A DNA stretch of 32,000 nucleotides, taken from positions 270,001-302,000 of the forward strand of contig NZ_JAGIOS010000001.1 of assembly GCF_017876815.1 (NCBI RefSeq). The letters are read 5' to 3'. Position 1 is the first letter of the stretch; every line of letters begins with the position of its first letter. Below the pieces are notes generated by a model. It worked only from the letters and a program-made list of their open reading frames with translations, made no database searches and was not told the DNA's origin. The translations under genes were made by a program, and so were the position numbers. Positions 1 to 6,830 of this stretch are shown here, piece after piece. This DNA comes from Sinorhizobium meliloti (GTDB taxonomy: Bacteria > Pseudomonadota > Alphaproteobacteria > Rhizobiales > Rhizobiaceae).

Positions 1-204
1 TGGAGCTCTTCCCGCGGTGATCACGACGATTTGTACCGTCGGCTGCGACGATTGCGAGTTGAATCGGCCACAATCCCCGGTTCTCCGTCTCCTGCTCCAG
101 GTTGAGCTTTGATCCGCCATCGTATAAAGCTGCGGCCACCATTTCCCGCGCCGCTTTTCAGCTCCTCCCCTGCCGGCGGCGCCTTTCTCCCAAGGAACCG
201 ATTT

Positions 205-900
205 ATGACCGGTATCGACCTCATCATCTTCGACTGCGACGGCGTGCTCGTCGACTCGGAAATCATCGCCTCGGAAGTCGAGGCCGGGTTGCTGACGGAA
301 GCGGGCTATCCGATCAGCATCGAGGAAATGTCCGAACGCTTTTCCGGCATGACCTGGCGCGACACGTTGCTGGCGGTCGAGAAGGAAGCGAGCATTCCGC
401 TTTCCGCCTCCTTGATCGACAAGGTCGATGCCATTCTCGACGTGCGGCTTGCCCGCGACGTCAAGATCATCGAAGGCGTGCGGCCGGCGCTCATGCAACT
501 GACGCTTCCGCATTGCATCTGCTCGAACTCCACTTCGCAACGGCTTGCGATGATGCTCGGCAAAGTCGGCATCAGGGATCATTTCGGCAAACACATCTAC
601 TCCGCGCGCGACCTTGGCCCGGATCGCGTCAAGCCGAAGCCTGACATCTTCCTGCATGGGGCGGCCCAGTTCGGCGTCGATCCGGCACGCGTTCTTGTCA
701 TCGAAGATTCGGTTCACGGCATTCATGGCGCCCGCGCGGCGGGCATGCGCGTCGTCGGTTTCACCGGCGGTTCGCATACGTTCGCAGCCCATGCGGACAA
801 GCTGACGGAAGCCGGCGCCGAAACGGTCATCTCGCGAATGGCGGCGCTTCCCGGAGTAATCGCCGCGCTCGCGGAATGGTCGGAGTCCATGACGGCTTAG
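205..900 (+). CDS. HAD-IA family hydrolase (phosphatase / beta-phosphoglucomutase-like)
   Basis: ORF track 109..900. Internal ATG at 205 is preceded by AAGGAA (192-197). Has the N-terminal HAD motif [13 protein letters not shown] and a later VIEDSxHG motif. Confidence 0.8.
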   Translation: MTGIDLIIFDCDGVLVDSEIIASEVEAGLLTEAGYPISIEEMSERFSGMTWRDTLLAVEKEASIPLSASLIDKVDAILDVRLARDVKIIEGVRPALMQLTLPHCICSNSTSQRLAMMLGKVGIRDHFGKHIYSARDLGPDRVKPKPDIFLHGAAQFGVDPARVLVIEDSVHGIHGARAAGMRVVGFTGGSHTFAAHADKLTEAGAETVISRMAALPGVIAALAEWSESMTA

Positions 901-1028
901 GGCGGGCGAGGACTCCATGCCGCATTGAAGGCGCATGGACTTCCTCCGAGAATCGACCGATTTTCAGACTGCGCGCGGGCATATCAAGCAAACCCCCAGA
1001 AGGGGGAATTTTCCAAGGAGGAAACACC

Positions 1029-2135
1029 ATGCGTCTTTCACGATTGACCGGAATGGCACTGGCAGCCAGCGTCGCGTTTGCGCCGCTCGCCCATGCCGAC
1101 ATCACCATCGGCGTCATCACGCCGCTCACCGGTCCCGTTGCTGCCTTCGGCGAGCAGGTCAAGAACGGCGCCGAAGCGGCGGTCGAAGCGATCAACAGCG
1201 CCGGCGGCGTCAATGGCGAGAAGCTCGTCGTCAAGATCGTCGACGACGCGGGCGAACCCAAGCAGGCCGTCTCGGTCGCCAACCAGCTGGCGGGCGAAGG
1301 CATACAATACGTGGTCGGACCGGTGCTCTCCGGCACCTCGATGCCGGCATCCGACGTGCTGGCGGAAAACGGTATCCTGATGGTCACGCCGACGGCGACC
1401 ACCCCGGATCTGACGACCCGCGGCCTGTGGAACGTTCTGCGCACCTGCGGACGCGACGATCAGCAGGCCGTCGTCGCCGCCGACTACGTCGTCAAGAACT
1501 TCAAGGACAAGCGCGTTGCCGTGCTTCACGACAAGGGAGCCTATGGCAAGGGTCTTGCCGACGGATTCAAGGCTGCGATCAACGCAGGCGGCATCACCGA
1601 GGTGGTCTATGAAGGCCTGACGCCCGGCGAGAAGGATTTCGGGGCGATCGTCACCCGCCTCAAGGCCGAGAATGTCGACGTCGTCTATTTCGGGGGCTAT
1701 CACGCGGAGGGCGGGCTGCTCGCTCGCCAGATGCATGACCAGGGCGTGAAGGCGCAGCTCCTCGGCGGCGACGGTCTTTCCAACACCGAGTTCTGGGCAA
1801 TCGGCGGCGAAGCCGCATCGGGCACCGTCTACACCAATGCCAGCGACGCCACCCGCAACCCGGCCGCCGCACCGGTGATCGAGGCCCTCAAGGCCAAGAA
1901 CATCCCCGCGGAAGCCTTCACGCTCAACGCCTATGCCGCCGTGCAGGTTCTCAAGGCGGGTATCGAGAAGGCGGGCTCGACCGAGGACGCGACTGCCGTT
2001 GCCACCGCCATCAAGTCAGGCGAGGCGATCGACACGGTCATCGGCAAGCTGACCTACGGCGAAAGCGGCGATCTCACCTCGCCAAGCTTCTCGCTTTACA
2101 AGTGGGAAGGCGGCCAGAGCGTCGCGGTCGAGTAA
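1029..2135 (+). CDS. ABC transporter periplasmic solute-binding protein, branched-chain amino acid (LivJ/LivK/BraC-like) family
   Basis: ORF track 876..2135. ATG at 1029 is preceded by AAGGAGG (1014-1020). Signal peptide [23 protein letters not shown]. The mature N-terminus [20 protein letters not shown] is typical of this family. Confidence 0.8.
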   Translation: MRLSRLTGMALAASVAFAPLAHADITIGVITPLTGPVAAFGEQVKNGAEAAVEAINSAGGVNGEKLVVKIVDDAGEPKQAVSVANQLAGEGIQYVVGPVLSGTSMPASDVLAENGILMVTPTATTPDLTTRGLWNVLRTCGRDDQQAVVAADYVVKNFKDKRVAVLHDKGAYGKGLADGFKAAINAGGITEVVYEGLTPGEKDFGAIVTRLKAENVDVVYFGGYHAEGGLLARQMHDQGVKAQLLGGDGLSNTEFWAIGGEAASGTVYTNASDATRNPAAAPVIEALKAKNIPAEAFTLNAYAAVQVLKAGIEKAGSTEDATAVATAIKSGEAIDTVIGKLTYGESGDLTSPSFSLYKWEGGQSVAVE

Positions 2136-2160
2136 GCGGCCGCTGAGCGAGTTGAGCTCG

Positions 2161-2320
2161 CCCCTCATCCGCCTGCCGGCACCTTCTCCCCGTCTTACGG
2201 GGAGAAGGGACAAGCGGCATCGCCTCCGCACTTTCAACGCCAAGGAAGAGCTGGGAGCGTGCCGCTCGTGTCCTTCGCCCCGCCTGCGGGGAGAAGGTGG
2301 CCGGCAGGCCGGATGAGGGG
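2161..2320. repeat. Inverted pair of GC-rich hairpin repeats (RIME/REP-like), about 60 bp each with a 40-bp spacer
   Basis: Left unit 2161-2219: CCCCTCATCCGCCTGCCGGCACCTTCTCCCCGTCTTACGGGGAGAAGGGACAAGCGGCA. Right unit 2260-2320 is its near reverse complement. The left unit contains an 11-bp stem (2182-2192 / 2198-2208). Related copies are at 9828-9885 and 12104-12266. Confidence 0.85.
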
Positions 2321-2326
2321 CGGGTA

Positions 2327-2881
2327 TTACTTCGCCCTATACGGACCTTCGTCAAATCCCACGAAGACCTTCGCTTCGGCGCCGGCGCCGGCGGGAAGCG
2401 TCACATCGGCCTTGGTGAAAACGAACTGGGTGGTGGCGCTGCCCGCCGGGCCCGCCGGCACTTCGACCGGGTATTGGGTGAGCTCCGAGTAAAGCGTCTT
2501 TTCGCCATCCGTGGCGGCAACGCGGATCGGCAGCGTCACCTTGCCCGGCCCGCCGGCTGGACCGGCGACCACGCGACCCTGCACCACGACCGTCATCGTC
2601 AGCTTGTCCGGGCTCTGCACGCATTGGCGCGTCGTGTCGGCAAGCGAGGCCTGATAGACGATCTTGCTCGGATCGTCCTTGGCACCCTTTGCATAGGTTC
2701 GGTAGGAGGAGGTACCGTCCCGAAGGCTGATCGGCGGGCAGGCCGCCTGGATCACCGCAGGTGTCGGCGCCGTCGCACTTCCGCCGGCGTCGATGGCGCC
2801 ACCCGATTGCGTCTTGTTACAGCCGGCAGCGGCCAAAAGGAGGGATACTGCGAGAAGACGGCGAGATACTTTGCCAGACAC
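2327..2881 (-). CDS. Conserved hypothetical lipoprotein
   Basis: ORF track 2327..2890, whose first codon is TTG with GAGG directly abutting it. GTG at 2879-2881 has GAGG 9 nt upstream and gives MSGKVSRRLLAVSLLLAAAGC with the lipobox LAAAGC. Confidence 0.65.
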   Translation of the reverse strand: MSGKVSRRLLAVSLLLAAAGCNKTQSGGAIDAGGSATAPTPAVIQAACPPISLRDGTSSYRTYAKGAKDDPSKIVYQASLADTTRQCVQSPDKLTMTVVVQGRVVAGPAGGPGKVTLPIRVAATDGEKTLYSELTQYPVEVPAGPAGSATTQFVFTKADVTLPAGAGAEAKVFVGFDEGPYRAK

Positions 2882-3223
2882 GTTGCACAACCTCTACTGA
2901 ACGGACGAACTCCCGAACCGCGATGATATCGGCTTGTAGCAAGCCAAACTCGCCGCAGCCGGCTTCAACGGGCGAGAGCTCGAGACCGCGTCGGGTCAAC
3001 TCGAGCTCAGGGCCGAAAACGGCTGGAGGCCTTTCTTGACCTTCGGGCATCGTCTATAGCAGCGGCGAAATCAAAAATCGACCGGTCCACGCCCCCCAAC
3101 CGAAATTTCCGATACCGACGTGAAATTGCCACGGTGACAAGAATGGCCGCGCGATTTGCCAGGGACTGACGCAAAAGCGCCTGCAGCGCCGCGCGTCTCA
3201 TTCAGACGCGCAAACGACGAAGG

Positions 3224-4630
3224 ATGACGATGGTGAAGTATATTTCGACACGGGGAGAAGCGGCCTCTCTCGGCTTTTGCGATGCTCTTCTGGCGGGACT
3301 TGCCCGCGACGGCGGGCTTTACCTGCCGAAGGAATGGCCGGCACTCTCGAAGAAGGAGATCCGGGCGCTGCGCGGCAAATCCTATCAGGAGATCGCCTTC
3401 ACCGTTCTCGAACCCTTCACCAATGGCGAGATCCCGGCGGCCAAGTTCCGCGAGATGATCGACGAGGCCTATGCCACTTTCCGTCATCCGGCCGTAGCAC
3501 CCCTGGTCCAGACCGGACCGAACGCTTTCGTGATGGAGCTCTTTCACGGTTCGACGCTCGCCTTCAAGGACGTCGCCATGCAGTTGCTCGCCCGGCTGAT
3601 GGACTATGTTCTTGCCGAACGGGGCGAGCGGGCGACGATCGTGGGAGCGACATCAGGCGATACCGGCGGTGCCGCGATCGACGCCTTCGCCGGCCGCGAC
3701 CGCACCGACATCTTCATCCTCTTTCCGCAGGGCAAAGTGTCGCCGGTGCAGCAAAGACAGATGACCACGTCCACGGCATCGAACGTGCACGCGGTTGCCG
3801 TCAAAGGCAATTTCGACGACTGCCAGAACCTGGTCAAAGCCATGTTCAACGACCAGGCCTTCCGCGACCGCGTGAAGCTTTCCGGCGTCAATTCGATCAA
3901 CTGGGCGCGCATCATGGCCCAGATCGTCTACTATTTCACGACGGCGGTCGCTCTCGGCGCGCCCGACCGGAAGATCTCCTTCACCGTGCCTACCGGCAAT
4001 TTCGGCGATATTTTCGCAGGCTACGTCGCCAAGCGCATGGGTCTGCCGATCGACAAGCTGATCATCGCCACCAACGAAAACGACATTCTGGCGCGCACGC
4101 TGAAGAACGGCCGCTACGAGATGCGCGACGTCAAGGCGACGACCTCGCCTTCGATGGACATCCAGATCTCGTCGAACTTCGAAAGGCTCATCTTCGAGGC
4201 GAACGAGCGCGATCCGGCGGAAGTCCGCGCGGCCATGGCGAGCCTCAGGCAATCCGGCTCGTTCACGATCGGCGACGCAGCGCTGAAAAAAATCCGCAAG
4301 GAATTTCGCGCCGGCCGCGCCTCGGAGAAAGATGTGGCGAAAACGATCCGCAAGACCTTCGACGAGACCGGCTATCTCCTTGATCCGCATACGGCAATCG
4401 GCGTTTTCGTGGCAACCAAGCACGAGAAGAACTCCGCCCCGATGGTCACCCTTGCGACTGCCCATCCGGCAAAATTTCCCGCCGCAGTAAAATCGGCAAG
4501 TGGTATTGACCCCACGCTTCCGACGTGGCTTGCTGATCTCATGACTAGGGCGGAGCGTTTCGACATCCTGGATCCGGAGCTCAAGAGCGTCGAAACCTTC
4601 ATCGGCGAGCGTACCCGCGTTCGGGAATAG
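3224..4630 (+). CDS. thrC: Threonine synthase
   Basis: 468-aa ORF with N-terminus KYISTRGEA and the PLP-lysine region HGSTLAFKD, typical of long-form ThrC. A second ATG at 3230 has better spacing from AGGA (3221-3224) and may be the true start. Confidence 0.9.
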   Translation: MTMVKYISTRGEAASLGFCDALLAGLARDGGLYLPKEWPALSKKEIRALRGKSYQEIAFTVLEPFTNGEIPAAKFREMIDEAYATFRHPAVAPLVQTGPNAFVMELFHGSTLAFKDVAMQLLARLMDYVLAERGERATIVGATSGDTGGAAIDAFAGRDRTDIFILFPQGKVSPVQQRQMTTSTASNVHAVAVKGNFDDCQNLVKAMFNDQAFRDRVKLSGVNSINWARIMAQIVYYFTTAVALGAPDRKISFTVPTGNFGDIFAGYVAKRMGLPIDKLIIATNENDILARTLKNGRYEMRDVKATTSPSMDIQISSNFERLIFEANERDPAEVRAAMASLRQSGSFTIGDAALKKIRKEFRAGRASEKDVAKTIRKTFDETGYLLDPHTAIGVFVATKHEKNSAPMVTLATAHPAKFPAAVKSASGIDPTLPTWLADLMTRAERFDILDPELKSVETFIGERTRVRE

Positions 4631-4645
4631 AGCGAAAGATCACGG

Positions 4646-5947
4646 ATGATGAAAGTTGAGTGCACCCGGCTCCCTTCCGGGCTGACGGTGGTTACCGAGC
4701 GAATGCCGCATCTGGAAAGCGTGGCGCTCGGAGTCTGGATCAAGTCCGGTTCGCGCAACGAAACCGTGAATGAACACGGAATTGCGCATCTCCTGGAGCA
4801 CATGGCTTTCAAGGGCACGAGGCGGCGCAGCGCCCGCCAGATCGCCGAGGAAATCGAGAATGTGGGCGGCGAGGTCAACGCCGCCACCTCGACCGAAACG
4901 ACTTCCTACTATGCCCGCGTACTCAAGGACCATCTGCCGCTGGCGGTCGATATCCTCGCCGACATTCTGACGGAATCCACCTTCGAGGCGGACGAGCTGC
5001 GTCGTGAGAAGCAGGTCATCCTGCAGGAGATCGGCGCGGCGGACGACACGCCGGACGACGTCGTCTTCGATCGTTTTGCCGAGACCGCCTATCGTGGCCA
5101 GACGGTCGGCAGGCCGATCCTCGGCACGCCGGAAACGGTGATGTCCTTCAGCGCGGATCAGATCCGCCAGTATCTCGGCCGCAACTATACGACCGACCGC
5201 ACCTTCATCGTAGCCGCCGGCGCCGTCGATCACGACACCATCGTGCGCCAGGTGGAGGAGCGTTTCGCCTCCCTGCCCGCCGAACCCGTTTGCGCTCCCG
5301 TCATCGAGACCGCGCGCTACACCGGCGGCGACAGCCGCGAGAGCCGCGACCTGATGGACGCGCAGGTTCTGCTCGGCTTCGAAGGCAAGGCCTATCACGC
5401 CCGTGATTTCTATTGTTCGCAGATCCTTGCCAACATCCTCGGCGGCGGCATGTCGTCCCGCCTGTTCCAGGAAGTGCGCGAACACAGGGGCCTCTGTTAC
5501 TCGGTCTACGCCTTCCATTGGGGCTTTTCCGATACCGGCATCTTCGGCGTGCATGCGGCAACGGGCGGAGAAAACCTGCCGGAGCTGATGCCGGTGATCG
5601 TCGATGAATTGCGCAAGTCGTCCTTGAGCATCGATCAGCAGGAGATCGAGCGTGCCCGCGCACAGATCCGGGCGCAATTGCTGATGGGCCAGGAAAGCCC
5701 GGCCGCGCGTGCGGGACAAATCGCACGGCAGATGATGCTGTACGGCCGGCCGATCCCCAATGAGGAACTGATGGAACGCCTGTCGGGCATCACCATCGAG
5801 CGCCTCACCGACCTGGCCGGCCGCCTGTTCTTCGACACGGTTCCGACGTTGTCGGCCATCGGTCCGCTCGGACAGCTGGCTCCCCTGAACGACATATTGT
5901 CCTCGCTGACCACGAAGGCGGACGCGATACATGCTGCGGCGAGCTGA
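4646..5947 (+). CDS. M16 family zinc metallopeptidase (pitrilysin / mitochondrial-processing-peptidase-like)
   Basis: 433-aa ORF. Inverted zinc motif HxxEH occurs in GIAHLLEHMAFKGT near the N-terminus. Length fits a two-domain M16B protein. Confidence 0.85.
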   Translation: MMKVECTRLPSGLTVVTERMPHLESVALGVWIKSGSRNETVNEHGIAHLLEHMAFKGTRRRSARQIAEEIENVGGEVNAATSTETTSYYARVLKDHLPLAVDILADILTESTFEADELRREKQVILQEIGAADDTPDDVVFDRFAETAYRGQTVGRPILGTPETVMSFSADQIRQYLGRNYTTDRTFIVAAGAVDHDTIVRQVEERFASLPAEPVCAPVIETARYTGGDSRESRDLMDAQVLLGFEGKAYHARDFYCSQILANILGGGMSSRLFQEVREHRGLCYSVYAFHWGFSDTGIFGVHAATGGENLPELMPVIVDELRKSSLSIDQQEIERARAQIRAQLLMGQESPAARAGQIARQMMLYGRPIPNEELMERLSGITIERLTDLAGRLFFDTVPTLSAIGPLGQLAPLNDILSSLTTKADAIHAAAS

Positions 5948-5963
5948 CCGGCCCCTGCCGGTC
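5946..5963 (+). terminator. Weak terminator-like hairpin overlapping the M16 peptidase stop codon
   Basis: GACCGGC-CCCT-GCCGGTC forms a 7-bp stem. The T-rich run (CTCTTTTTCC) begins about 20 nt further on, so this is not a canonical intrinsic terminator. Confidence 0.25.
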
Positions 5964-6218
5964 GCATGCCTTCCTTCAAGGTCCTCTTTTTCCTTGTACA
6001 ATTCTTAAAATCGGATTCGATTTGGGCGTAAACTTGTGCCACGTTTCGCAATGAGACAGTGCCCTGAAGCGCATCGCGTTCGATCGGATCCATCCGACGT
6101 GCCCTAGGGCATTGTTCTCGTGCAGGTCGTCGTCCAAAACCGCCGCATATTGTTTGGGCGACATGCATTCGGTTCGACCGAACTGCGGCATCGACGCGGT
6201 CCTGGCCTGGAGGCATAG

Positions 6219-6830
6219 ATGACAAGATCGGTTTTTCGGTTCCTTTCGCGGCAGCCGGAGACGGTCGAGATCGCCAGCCAGCATTATCTGCTCCGCCTCC
6301 CCCGCTACGCCGACTACCGGCAATGGTATCGCTTGCGCAGCGAAAGCCGCGCCTTCCTGGAGCCGTGGGAGCCTACCTGGCGCGCCGATGAAATGACCGA
6401 AGGCGCCTTTCGCAGCCGCGTCAATCGCAACGAGCAGGAATTTGCCTCCGGTCAGGCCGTGCCGCTCTTCCTCTTCCACAAGCCGGACGAAACGCTGCTT
6501 GGCGGTCTCACCATCGGTCATATCCGCCGCGGCGCTGCGCAGAACTGCATGATCGGCTACTGGATGGGCCAGAAACATGCCGGACAGGGCCATATGTACG
6601 AGGCCTTGAAGCTGACGATCCCCTACATCTTCAAGGGGCTCGAGTTGCACCGTATCGAAGCAGCCTGTATTCCAGAAAACGCACGGAGCATCCGGCTCCT
6701 TGAAAAGGCCGGCTTTGAGCGTGAAGGCTATTTGAGACAATATTTGAAGATAAACGGGCAGTGGCGGGACCACTTGATGTTTTCGCTCCTCTCCGTCGAT
6801 GCCGTACCCAACAGGAATTTGCCCCTTTGA
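6219..6830 (+). CDS. GNAT family N-acetyltransferase (RimJ/RimL-like)
   Basis: 203-aa ORF with ATG at 6219 and GGAGG 5 nt upstream. The motif region IGYWMGQKHAGQGHMYEAL and LHRIEAACIPENARSIRLLEKAGFEREG is typical of the RimJ/RimL acetyltransferase fold. Confidence 0.8.
   Translation: MTRSVFRFLSRQPETVEIASQHYLLRLPRYADYRQWYRLRSESRAFLEPWEPTWRADEMTEGAFRSRVNRNEQEFASGQAVPLFLFHKPDETLLGGLTIGHIRRGAAQNCMIGYWMGQKHAGQGHMYEALKLTIPYIFKGLELHRIEAACIPENARSIRLLEKAGFEREGYLRQYLKINGQWRDHLMFSLLSVDAVPNRNLPL

Noticed and set aside
1-204. A possible 3' end of an upstream gene in frame 1, with a stop at 103-105.
   Set aside because: Only 34 codons are visible, with no recognisable motif, so it cannot be supported from this window alone.
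2074-2355. Short ORFs spanning the GC-rich repeats (2016..2243, 2074..2355, 2259..2492, 9739..10077, 11972..12157, 12074..12262) that share peptides such as PAGTFSPQAGRR.
   Set aside because: The shared peptides come from translating the dispersed hairpin repeat in different frames and strands. There are no RBS or start contexts, and the ORFs cross convergent intergenic junctions.
3007-3201. A 64-aa minus-strand ORF in the lipoprotein-thrC intergenic region.
   Set aside because: It has no RBS, an Arg-rich unstructured translation and many atypical codons. It overlaps the likely thrC promoter and leader, including the hairpin GCGCGTCT/AGACGCGC at 3191-3211.
4640-6001. A 453-aa ORF antisense to the M16 peptidase. 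Similar long antisense or out-of-frame ORFs occur at 6728..8035, 14313..15773, 19066..20622, 22596..23771, 23752..25128, 25489..27342, 27399..28472 and 31094..31924.
   Set aside because: These are shadow ORFs typical of high-GC DNA. They are Arg/Ala/Gly/Pro-rich with low-complexity translations and no recognisable motifs. Each lies opposite or out of frame to a gene with unmistakable family signatures.
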